A stretch of 64,000 bases of DNA from assembly GCA_043808175.1 (NCBI GenBank), contig JAZDFE010000016.1, positions 5,438-69,437 on the forward strand. Reading direction: 5' to 3'. This document shows, one piece after another, positions 56,500-64,000 of the stretch (the first letter of the stretch is position 1; each line of letters begins with the position of its first letter). Below the pieces are notes generated by a model. The model did not search any database. It worked only from the letters and a program-made list of their open reading frames with translations, and was not told where the DNA came from. This stretch comes from Candidatus Omnitrophota bacterium. Its GTDB lineage: Bacteria > Omnitrophota > Omnitrophia > Omnitrophales > Aquincolibacteriaceae. A program made the position numbers and the translations under genes.

Positions 56500-57045
56500 C
56501 TACAGGCCCAGGTCGCTCAGCGTGAAGATCGGCGAGTAGTGATAAGCGGAGAGCGTTTCCGAAGCTCCCTCGTTACGGTCCACGAGACAGATCGTTTTGA
56601 CGACCTTTGCCCCGAGCGCTTCTACCTCCTTGATGGCCTTCAGGACCGAGCCTCCCGTCGTGACCACATCTTCAAGCATGATCACCTTGTCGCCGGGCGC
56701 CAGGGCGGGCCCTTCGATCATCTTTTGCATCCCGTGGTCTTTGGCTTCTTTGCGGACAATGAACGCCTTGAGAGGTTTTCCGCTCTGGGAGCTCAGAACT
56801 GACACGGCAGCCGCAAGGGGGTCCGCGCCGAGCGTCGGCCCTCCGACCGCGTCCGCGCCCGCCGCCTGGGCCATGTGAAGGATCACTTTCGCCGCATAGA
56901 AGAGTCCTTGCGCGTCGAGTGTGACCTGCTTGCCGTCGATATAGTACTGCGAGATCTTCCCGGAGGCGAGCTTGCGCTCCCCGCGCACCACGGCCTTTTC
57001 CTGGATCAGCTTTAAGAGTTCCTGTTTGAGCGTTTGTTCATCCAT
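56500..57045 (-). CDS. pyrE: Orotate phosphoribosyltransferase
   Basis: Has the PRPP-binding motif KVIMLEDVVTTGGS. Confidence 0.9.
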   Translation of the reverse strand: MDEQTLKQELLKLIQEKAVVRGERKLASGKISQYYIDGKQVTLDAQGLFYAAKVILHMAQAAGADAVGGPTLGADPLAAAVSVLSSQSGKPLKAFIVRKEAKDHGMQKMIEGPALAPGDKVIMLEDVVTTGGSVLKAIKEVEALGAKVVKTICLVDRNEGASETLSAYHYSPIFTLSDLGL

Positions 57046-57066
57046 GATCTTATGGCTCCTTTTGAG

Positions 57067-57807
57067 TTATTCTATCCTTGCGTCGCGAACATTCAAAATT
57101 TTTTCCCGGATCTTCCTGGAAAGACCTTTGATCATTTGCGCTTCAGGCTCCAAAAGCCCGCCTCGCTTGATGAGCCCCCGTAAAGTCCGGAGGATCCTGG
57201 GCAGAAGATCCGCCCCGCCTTTCTTGTACCCCAGTGCTTTCAGCGCTTCTTCGAAATACGCGATCGCGCCCTCGATCTCTTTTTTATTCAAAACCCTTTC
57301 GTGCGAGACTGTTTTTTCCAAACGCCGGTCCCGGCAAAGGGTGAAGAGCGTCACCATCACGGCCTGCGCAAGATTAAGCGACGGGTAAGAAGACCCCGTG
57401 GGGATGGTCACCAAGTGATCGCATAAAGCGCTTTCCTCATTCGCAAGGCCTTTGGATTCGCGGCCAAAAACGACTCCTACCTTCTGCCGGCGGGAGCTTC
57501 CGCGGATCTTCGCGACTGCTTGATCGAAAGAAAGAAAAGTCCCGCGATGTCCGCCCGAACGCCGGGTCGTTCCAATCACAAGCTCCAGGTCTTGGATCGC
57601 ATCCTGAAGAGAAGCATACTCCTTCCCTTTTCTTAGGATATTCTCCGCCGACACGGCCATTTTTTTGGCCTGGGTCCGCCAAGATCTCGGCGGCCCCACA
57701 AGGCGCAGGTTCGAAAAACCCATGTTTTTGACGGCGCGGGCTGCCGCCCCGACATTGTCGGGGTTCTCGGGAAAAACAAGAATGATCGCGATATTCTCTT
57801 TTTTCAT
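57067..57807 (-). CDS. SpoU/TrmH-family RNA 2'-O-methyltransferase (TrmJ-like)
   Basis: IAIILVFPENPDNVGAAARAVKNMGF...SLNLAQAVMV, a SPOUT-fold pattern. Confidence 0.8.
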   Translation of the reverse strand: MKKENIAIILVFPENPDNVGAAARAVKNMGFSNLRLVGPPRSWRTQAKKMAVSAENILRKGKEYASLQDAIQDLELVIGTTRRSGGHRGTFLSFDQAVAKIRGSSRRQKVGVVFGRESKGLANEESALCDHLVTIPTGSSYPSLNLAQAVMVTLFTLCRDRRLEKTVSHERVLNKKEIEGAIAYFEEALKALGYKKGGADLLPRILRTLRGLIKRGGLLEPEAQMIKGLSRKIREKILNVRDARIE

Positions 57808-57844
57808 CGTGGGACTTGGGGATCAAGCCGGAAAAGCCGCTGGC

Positions 57845-58207
57845 CTATTCCTTTTCCCAAACATAGTCCGGAAGCTCGAAACGCCGCGTCAGGGGCGTGG
57901 TGTCACCCGCCGCCGCACACCAGGGAAGCACGAGAATATCATTCACGCTGGACCCCACTCGTATCGCTGCGTTTGTGAAAAAACGCGGGATATAAGTTAC
58001 GGGCCAGGCTTTGGGGTGATCTTTTTTTTCTCCCTTGAAGGTGTAGACTAATTCCGCGGGCGAAGTAAGGAAGTTCACCGCTCCGCGCTTTTCCAGGGAG
58101 CCGATCTTTTTGAAGACGCATTCTTTTTTTACGGCTTCTGTCGCGAAAAGAGGACATGCCGCCAAAAATAAAAGTCCGATAAGGATTAGTGTTATCTTTT
58201 TTTCCAT
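57845..58207 (-). CDS. Small secreted protein, TIGR04073-like (weaker match)
   Basis: Signal peptide, then SLEKRGAVNFLTSPAELV...FFTNAAIRVGSSVNDILVLPW. Confidence 0.45.
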   Translation of the reverse strand: MEKKITLILIGLLFLAACPLFATEAVKKECVFKKIGSLEKRGAVNFLTSPAELVYTFKGEKKDHPKAWPVTYIPRFFTNAAIRVGSSVNDILVLPWCAAAGDTTPLTRRFELPDYVWEKE

Positions 58208-59553
58208 GTTTTCTTCCCCTCTTTTTTCCCTTCGTTGATTTTTTTAAAAACTGCGAGAAAAAAACCGTCCGTCCCGCTCTCCGGAGGCCAGAGCTTAAAG
58301 AATTTTTCCCCCGCTTCCCCGCAAGGAACGATCTCGAACTCCGGGTGCGCCGTCAGGAACGCCTTGGCAACTTCTTCGTTCTCGGCAGCCTCCACCGAAC
58401 AAGTCGCGTAATACAGTCTGCCGTGTTCCGCAAGATATGGCAAAGCTTTTTCGAGGATCGCAAGCTGCTCTTTGGGGAGCGCCTCGAACCAGGCCGGCGC
58501 GAGCTTCCACTTCGCGTCGGGGTTCCGGCCAAGCGTCCCGGTGCCGGAACACGGCGCATCCACCAGGATCCTGTCAAATCCTCTCTGCGCCAGCTTGAGG
58601 TCCGCCATGCGGTCCAGTTCCGCGGGAAAAATATTAAAGACCCCGGCCCGCTTGGCCCTCTTTTTAAGTTCTTCCAGTTTATAGGAACGCAGGTCTGTCG
58701 CCACGATACGCCCTTTATTCTCCATCATCGCCGCCAAAAGCAGGCTCTTCCCGCCGCCGCCCGCACAGACGTCCCAAATGCTCTCTCCGGGTTGAGGGTC
58801 CATTTTTTGGCAGACCATTTGGCTGCCTTCGTCCTGGACCTCGAACCATCCGTCTCGAAAAGCCGGAGTGTCGAACACATTGCGCCGTTCCTGAAGGATC
58901 AGCCCGAAATACGACAGGACCGTCGGGTTGGCCTCGACGCTCAAACGGCGGAACATGTCCACGAGTTTTTTCCGGCTGATCTTAAGCGTATTAGCGCGAA
59001 GCACGAGGAGCGGTCTTTCCTGAAAAAATCCTATCAGCCGCTCCGTTTCCAGGACGCCGAACGCCTCGACCCATCGATGAACGAGCCACAGAGGAAAGGA
59101 ATAAAGAAGCGCCATCATTTCTTCCTTTGACTTCGGTCCTTCCCCCTCCGGGAGAAGGTGCTCCCGCAAAGCGGCATAGACTTTTCCGCTTTGTTTAAAG
59201 ATCTCGCAAAAATCCTCCTTGCCGACAAGCCCTTCCTTCGCGGCAGCATAAAGACAAAGGCATTCGGCCTTTTCAAGCCCGCTCATGACCGGCCGTGATT
59301 TGGCCTTTTCGACCCAGGCTTCCAGAAAGCTTTTGTGACGGAAGATCGTGTAGATCGTTTCGGAGAGGAATTTCCGGTCGCGGGAACCGACTTTTTTCCG
59401 GTTCTGATAAAAATAGCGCGCAAGCCACCGGTCCGAAGGCATTGGGTCTTTTTCGACGCCTTGCCAAACCTCGGTCGCCATGCGAAGCTGTGAAAAAACA
59501 AGCCGCCTTTGATTGTCTTTCATGAATTCCTTAGGGTTGGCGCCGCATGACAT
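58192..59553 (-). CDS. rsmB: 16S rRNA (cytosine967-C5)-methyltransferase
   Basis: NusB-like N-terminal domain plus a SAM methyltransferase domain with ILVDAPCSGTGTLGRNPD and YATCS. Confidence 0.85.
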   Translation of the reverse strand: MSCGANPKEFMKDNQRRLVFSQLRMATEVWQGVEKDPMPSDRWLARYFYQNRKKVGSRDRKFLSETIYTIFRHKSFLEAWVEKAKSRPVMSGLEKAECLCLYAAAKEGLVGKEDFCEIFKQSGKVYAALREHLLPEGEGPKSKEEMMALLYSFPLWLVHRWVEAFGVLETERLIGFFQERPLLVLRANTLKISRKKLVDMFRRLSVEANPTVLSYFGLILQERRNVFDTPAFRDGWFEVQDEGSQMVCQKMDPQPGESIWDVCAGGGGKSLLLAAMMENKGRIVATDLRSYKLEELKKRAKRAGVFNIFPAELDRMADLKLAQRGFDRILVDAPCSGTGTLGRNPDAKWKLAPAWFEALPKEQLAILEKALPYLAEHGRLYYATCSVEAAENEEVAKAFLTAHPEFEIVPCGEAGEKFFKLWPPESGTDGFFLAVFKKINEGKKEGKKTWKKR

Positions 59554-59617
59554 TTAAAATTAAGGGTATGCGGCACCATACTGTTACCCCCATAAAATTA
59601 AATGGAGAACAGTATAG
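59541..59617 (-). promoter_or_regulatory. F7: rsmB leader with two small inverted repeats, covering the start codon
   Basis: In minus sense: ACTGTTctccatttaattttatgggggtAACAGT, then CCGCATacccttaattttaaatgtcATGCGG. The second stem contains codons 2-4 of rsmB. Confidence 0.45.
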
Positions 59618-59648
59618 AAAAAAAGGCCTGATCGCGAGGATCAGGCCT
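59617..59648 (-). terminator. Rho-independent terminator of the 59682 gene
   Basis: Stem aggcctgatc/gatcaggcct with loop gcgag. The minus strand continues TTTTTTT. Confidence 0.8.
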
Positions 59649-59681
59649 TTCGCAAGATCAGAAAATCAAAGAGCGTTTTTC

Positions 59682-60122
59682 TTAACTTTGTTCGCCGGCT
59701 TTCAGGATCCTCTGGCGAATATCGGATTCCCGGTCAAAACGGTTCTGGCGGGACACGTCCAGGGTTCGCTGTGCCGAAGAAAGTTGCTGTTGGATATAAG
59801 GATCGTTATTGTTGCTGCTACGCGCCGTCTTATAAGCGTCCGCGGCGCTCCACGCGTGGTTGGCCAAGAGCGGCCCGAGACCGACCCAGAAAAGACCTCC
59901 GCTGGTCAGTGTGGCAAGCAAGATGGTCGTGGTCACGGCGGCCACTTCAATGCCCGCCATGATCTTGGTCTTGGTGGCTCCGATCTCACCGTTCATGGCT
60001 TGACCCGTGGTCGGCAAAAGCAAGGATGCTCCGAATTCTTTGCCGCCCATTGCAAAAGCTGATGGAGACAAAGATGCGAAGATCATCAAAAAAACAAGCA
60101 AGCAAGAAAAGTGCTTTTTCAT
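59682..60122 (-). CDS. Secreted/membrane hypothetical protein
   Basis: 146 aa. Signal peptide MKKHFSCLLVFLMIFASLSPSAFA followed by two hydrophobic helices. Confidence 0.45.
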   Translation of the reverse strand: MKKHFSCLLVFLMIFASLSPSAFAMGGKEFGASLLLPTTGQAMNGEIGATKTKIMAGIEVAAVTTTILLATLTSGGLFWVGLGPLLANHAWSAADAYKTARSSNNNDPYIQQQLSSAQRTLDVSRQNRFDRESDIRQRILKAGEQS

Positions 60123-60305
60123 GGGGTTCTCTCCTCCTAAAAATTAATGATTTTCCTGACGTTAAACTAACGGCTTCTCGGGAGAAATCTTTACCTTGTC
60201 AGAGCCTTAACCTAATGTGTGTTTCTCAAGTTTTTTTGATAGTTTTAAAGAGCGAACATTTTGCCGTTTGCGTAGGCTGAGACTCTAGCGGGGTGAATTC
60301 CCTTC

Positions 60306-61829
60306 CTACTTCTTGGAAACGTTCTCCGGGCCCCAGTATGAAAGAACTTCGGCAAGAAGCCGCACGCCGAAACCATTCGCGCCCTTGGGGCAATCAAAGC
60401 GGTTCGCCGAACAGTAGGCCGTCCCCGCAATATCCAAATGCGCCCACGGTGTTTTTTCCGGAACAAACTCCTTAAGGAACATCGCCGCCGTGATCGTACC
60501 GGCATAGCCATCGCCCGTGTTCCGGAGGTCCGAGTGGTGCGACTTGATGCACTCCCCGTATTCTTCCCAAACAGGAAGCTGCCAGCACCGCTCTCCGACT
60601 TTTTCCCCGGCTTTTTGAATGGCGTCGATCAGTTTCTGATCCGTCCCGAGGATCCCGCAGGTCTTGTCCCCGAACGTGTGATGGCACATCCCCGTTAGTG
60701 TTGCCGCATCGATGATCGCCATCGGTTTGAATTCTTCGCAGTAGGACAATGCATCCGCAAGGATCAGGCGTCCTTCGGCGTCGGTATTCATCACTTCCAC
60801 CGTTTTCCCGTTGTACATCCGGATGATATCCCCGGGACGTTGCGGGTCCGCGGCAACATTGTTTTCCACGGAGGGCGCGAGACCCACGATATGAAGCGGC
60901 AATTTCAGGTCCGCCACGAGTCCCATTGTTACGATCACCGCGATCGCGCCGGACTTGTCATATTTCATTTCATCCATGGCTTTCGAGGGCTTGATGGAAA
61001 TACCACCCGTGTCAAAGGTCACGCCTTTCCCGACAAGACAAACGGTTCCTTGGGCTTTGTATTCCTTTCCGTATTCCATGATGATCAGAGCAGGCGGCGT
61101 CACGCTCCCACGGTTCACGGCCAGGATCCCGTTCATCCCCAGTTTTTTAAGTTCGGCAAGTCCCAAAATCTTACACCCTAATTTTTTTTCGGCGGCGAGC
61201 TTTTTGGCCTCGCTGGCAAGCCGCGGCGGGTTCATCACATTTCCGGGCTCATTATTAAGATCCCGGGCAAAAAGAACGGCCTTGGCGATCTTTTCGGAAT
61301 GCGTCATGATGGGACGGAGCGCGGAGACCCGTTCTTTTTTTTCCGTAACAAGCTCCACAGATTCCGGGGCCTTGGGCGGATCGTCTTTCTTTTTAGTTTT
61401 ATACCGCGTGAACTTATAGGAAGCTAAAAAAGATATCTCGGTGAGGATCTTCACTGTCTCTTCCTCGGAAACCTTTTCGCTTAAAAAAGAATCCAAAAAC
61501 ACCCGGACTCTTTGGGCTTTGCGGCCATTTGCGAGCCCGACCAAAGTCCCGACGGACTTCCTTAAGGAGGCGGCCTTGAGGTCTTTTTTCTCGCCTAACC
61601 CCAAAAGCAGCATCTCCGGCGCCTGGTGATATCCGGCCTGGTAAGAGCTGAAGGTTTCTTCTGTTTTTCCTTCAAAACGCTTTTTGGAAATGGCCGCTTC
61701 CGCCGCCTTCCCGAACGCGGGATCGATCTTTTTAAGCACCTTCAAGTCTTTTTCGCCCTTAAAAAAACCCGCCACAAAAAGATCCGCCTTGGGCCCTGCC
61801 TTTGTGAATCCCGCCAATGAAATTTTCAT
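60306..61829 (-). CDS. pepA: Leucyl aminopeptidase (M17)
   Basis: NTDAEGRLILADAL, and VGKGVTFDTGGISIKP. Confidence 0.9.
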   Translation of the reverse strand: MKISLAGFTKAGPKADLFVAGFFKGEKDLKVLKKIDPAFGKAAEAAISKKRFEGKTEETFSSYQAGYHQAPEMLLLGLGEKKDLKAASLRKSVGTLVGLANGRKAQRVRVFLDSFLSEKVSEEETVKILTEISFLASYKFTRYKTKKKDDPPKAPESVELVTEKKERVSALRPIMTHSEKIAKAVLFARDLNNEPGNVMNPPRLASEAKKLAAEKKLGCKILGLAELKKLGMNGILAVNRGSVTPPALIIMEYGKEYKAQGTVCLVGKGVTFDTGGISIKPSKAMDEMKYDKSGAIAVIVTMGLVADLKLPLHIVGLAPSVENNVAADPQRPGDIIRMYNGKTVEVMNTDAEGRLILADALSYCEEFKPMAIIDAATLTGMCHHTFGDKTCGILGTDQKLIDAIQKAGEKVGERCWQLPVWEEYGECIKSHHSDLRNTGDGYAGTITAAMFLKEFVPEKTPWAHLDIAGTAYCSANRFDCPKGANGFGVRLLAEVLSYWGPENVSKK

Positions 61830-61867
61830 CGAAGCCTCCTAGAATTTTATAGAAAAAACAACGGCGA

Positions 61868-62242
61868 TTATTTCGTGAAGATCATTTTCAAAGCAATGAG
61901 CATTAAAAAACCTCCGAACATTCTTTTCATCAAAAGTTCCGGGACTTTTTGCGCAAGACTGGCCCCCAGATATCCTCCTATAAAAAATCCGGCACAGATC
62001 AAAACCGCTATGCCCAGCTTCACGTTCCCGCTTTGATAGTAACGCCAGGCTGCAAGCAATCCGATGGGCGGCACCATGATGGCCAGGGTCGTTCCCTGCG
62101 CTTGATGCTGCGTCAGTCCGAAAAAAAACGTCAGCGCCGGAACCAGGATCACCGCGCCTCCGACGCCGAACATCCCGCCAAACACTCCGGCGGCCATTCC
62201 CAGGAGAATGCATGTCGCTTGTGTCATAAACAACCTCCTCAT
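61868..62242 (-). CDS. Half-size TauE/SafE-family (sulfite exporter-like) membrane protein
   Basis: GMFGVGGAVILVPAL...QGTTLAIM. At 124 aa it is about half of the usual 8-TM protein. Confidence 0.65.
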   Translation of the reverse strand: MRRLFMTQATCILLGMAAGVFGGMFGVGGAVILVPALTFFFGLTQHQAQGTTLAIMVPPIGLLAAWRYYQSGNVKLGIAVLICAGFFIGGYLGASLAQKVPELLMKRMFGGFLMLIALKMIFTK

Positions 62243-62276
62243 ACTCCGGTAAGAGCCAAGGCCCTGTTTTTATCCG

Positions 62277-62699
62277 TTAGTTTCCCGCCCGGTCGAGCGC
62301 CAGGTTCACGAGCCGGTCGACGTGTTTGATCTTCGGATGTTCGCGCGGCACATGAAAATAAGTGACGTGCTTGAATTTTTTTTCAAGCTCCTTGACCCGG
62401 ATAAAGAACGGCTTGAGATGCTCGGCCTTAAGACGATAAATACCCGAGAGTTGACGCGCCACAAGCTCACTATCCAAAAAATAGTCCGCTTCGGAGATGC
62501 TAAGTTCCGCCGCAAGCGTCAGGCCGCGGATCACGGCCATATATTCCGCCACATTGTTCGTGGTCTCACCGATCGTTTCGCCGTGATCGGTCAGCTTGTG
62601 GTCCTTTTCATCGCAGATGAGCACGCCGATCGCCGCGGGCCCCGGATTTCCCCGAGCCCCTCCGTCCGAATAGATCTTTCCTTTTTTCGACGAGGTCAT
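62277..62699 (-). CDS. RNase HI-family protein
   Basis: IYSDGGARGNPGPAAIGV...TNNVAEYMAVIRGL...DSELV, the DEDD-type RNase H pattern. Its start overlaps the cysE stop. Confidence 0.8.
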   Translation of the reverse strand: MTSSKKGKIYSDGGARGNPGPAAIGVLICDEKDHKLTDHGETIGETTNNVAEYMAVIRGLTLAAELSISEADYFLDSELVARQLSGIYRLKAEHLKPFFIRVKELEKKFKHVTYFHVPREHPKIKHVDRLVNLALDRAGN

Positions 62700-63421
62700 T
62701 TAGGCTCGTCTTGTTTCTTTTCGAGCGGAGTTGAAACGGGGCCAGAAGCGCGCTTTGGGAGCGCTTGGCCCTTGTGAAAAGCTTCGAGGAATTCGACTTC
62801 TTTTTGAAGTTCGCGAACGCGGTTTTTGAGCTCTCTCACGGGGTCCGGAAGATCGCCGTGCTCGAGATCGACCTCCTCGACTTTTTTACCTTCAATGCGC
62901 ACGATCTCGGCCGGCACGCCGACCACGGTGCAATGATCCGGCACAGAATGGATCACGACCGATCCGCCGCCGATCTTCACATGGTCACCGATCCTGATAT
63001 TCCCGAGCACCTTGGCTCCCACACCCACGACCACATTATGCCCAAGCGTCGGATGCCGCTTGCCGCGCTCTTTGCCGGTCCCACCGAGCGTCACGCCCTG
63101 ATAGATCGTCACATTCTCGCCGATTTCGGCGGTCTCCCCGATCACGACTCCCATGCCGTGATCGATAAAAAATCCCGGGGCGATCTTCGCGCCGGGATGG
63201 ATCTCGACCCCCGTCAGAAACCGGGCGATCTGGGATATAAGCCGGGGAATAAAAGGAATGCGCAACATGTAGAGCACATGCGCGAACCTGTAGAAAAGCA
63301 CGGCGTGAAGTCCGGAATAGAGAAAGAGGACCTCAAGCGCACCGAACGGCGTCCGGGCAGCCGGATCGCGTTCAAAGCAGGCCATAAAATCGCGGTAGAC
63401 GGAGTAGAAGGGGTTTCTCAT
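62696..63421 (-). CDS. cysE: Serine O-acetyltransferase
   Basis: SATase N-terminal helix region (ERDPAARTPFGALEVLFLYSGLHAV), left-handed beta-helix hexapeptide repeats, and an unusual about 60-aa charged C-terminal extension. Confidence 0.88.
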   Translation of the reverse strand: MRNPFYSVYRDFMACFERDPAARTPFGALEVLFLYSGLHAVLFYRFAHVLYMLRIPFIPRLISQIARFLTGVEIHPGAKIAPGFFIDHGMGVVIGETAEIGENVTIYQGVTLGGTGKERGKRHPTLGHNVVVGVGAKVLGNIRIGDHVKIGGGSVVIHSVPDHCTVVGVPAEIVRIEGKKVEEVDLEHGDLPDPVRELKNRVRELQKEVEFLEAFHKGQALPKRASGPVSTPLEKKQDEPK

Positions 63422-63467
63422 AACGGGGGGTATTATTTCAGATTATGGAGGGTTGGTCAATCAAGCT

Positions 63468-63538
63468 CACGCAGCGCCACGACCCACGGGCCACGGCTCA
63501 AGGTCCGCGTGGTGCGTGGTACGCGGTGCGTGGCCCGC
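63468..63538. repeat. F1 heptamer-array hairpin
   Basis: cacgcagcgccacgacccacgggccacggctcaaggtccgcgtggtgcgtggtacgcggtgcgtggcc, about 10 nt after the ychF stop. Confidence 0.85.
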
Positions 63539-63547
63539 TCTTTCGCT

Positions 63548-64000
63548 TTAGACGCTGAACCGGAAAAGCATCACATCGCCATCCTGGGTCTCGTATTCCT
63601 TCCCTTCGATGCGAAGCAGCCCCTTTTCTTTGACGGCCAGTTGAGAACCGTATTTTATGAGATCTTCATAACGCATGACTTCGGCACGGATGAATCCCCG
63701 CTCAAAATCCGAGTGGATCACGCCCGCGGCTTGCGGTGCTTTCGCGCCCTTGCGGACGGTCCAGGCACGAACCTCTTTTTCTCCGGCCGTAAAATAAGTA
63801 ATGAGCTGAAGTGCTTTATAACCGGTCCGGATAAGCGAGTTGAGTCCCGGCTCTTCAAGGCCCAGGTCTTTCAAGAAGATCTTTTGGTCCTCCTCCGAAA
63901 GATCGATCAGTTCAGATTCCACCTTGCCTGAGATGATGACGACTTCGGCGCCTTCCTTGGCCGCTCGCTCGCGCAAGAGATCGACAAAGGGACCGCCGCC
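63548..64000 (-). CDS. ychF: Ribosome-binding ATPase YchF, C-terminal part (gene runs off the right edge)
   Basis: ...LITYFTAGEKEVRAWTVRKGAKAPQAAGVIHSDFERGFIRAEV...EGKEYETQDGDVMLFRFSV is the TGS/C-terminal YchF signature. Confidence 0.9.
   Translation of the reverse strand, partial: GGGPFVDLLRERAAKEGAEVVIISGKVESELIDLSEEDQKIFLKDLGLEEPGLNSLIRTGYKALQLITYFTAGEKEVRAWTVRKGAKAPQAAGVIHSDFERGFIRAEVMRYEDLIKYGSQLAVKEKGLLRIEGKEYETQDGDVMLFRFSV

Overview
A 64-kb stretch of a bacterial chromosome of unassigned taxonomy. GC looks like roughly 55-60% by eye; nothing here was computed. Almost all genes are on the minus strand. The two flanks, 1-30.3 kb and 47.7-64 kb, are mostly housekeeping. They carry folate and purine genes (folC, purH, pabC, pabB), inositol-lipid genes (inositol-3-phosphate synthase, a CDP-alcohol phosphatidyltransferase, an IMPase), a PiT phosphate transporter, GapN, an NRAMP-family transporter, acnA-hemerythrin-IDH, mutY, pyrE, rsmB, pepA, cysE and ychF. 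One intact IS (IS481-like) and a toxin-antitoxin-like pair are also present. The middle, about 30.3-47.6 kb, is accessory. It includes a visibly AT-rich island at about 32.2-38.7 kb. That island holds three co-oriented genes of nucleotide-signalling type: a DAC-like protein, a minimal class III cyclase and an NDT/TIR-like protein. I flag these as a candidate undescribed conflict system. Next to them lie Fic, an AAA ATPase, an envelope operon and a secreted SNase gene. The 3' end of that SNase gene recurs as four decayed copies, which suggests repeated island insertion at one site. The window is also unusually rich in structured intergenic repeats, which I sort into at least seven families. Two stand out. 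One consists of heptamer (CCACGNN) arrays that abut stop codons. The other is a ~280-nt long-hairpin element whose closing stem differs between copies but stays complementary. I found no rRNA, tRNA or CRISPR array by eye. All domain calls rest on motif recognition from the translated ORFs, not on database searches.
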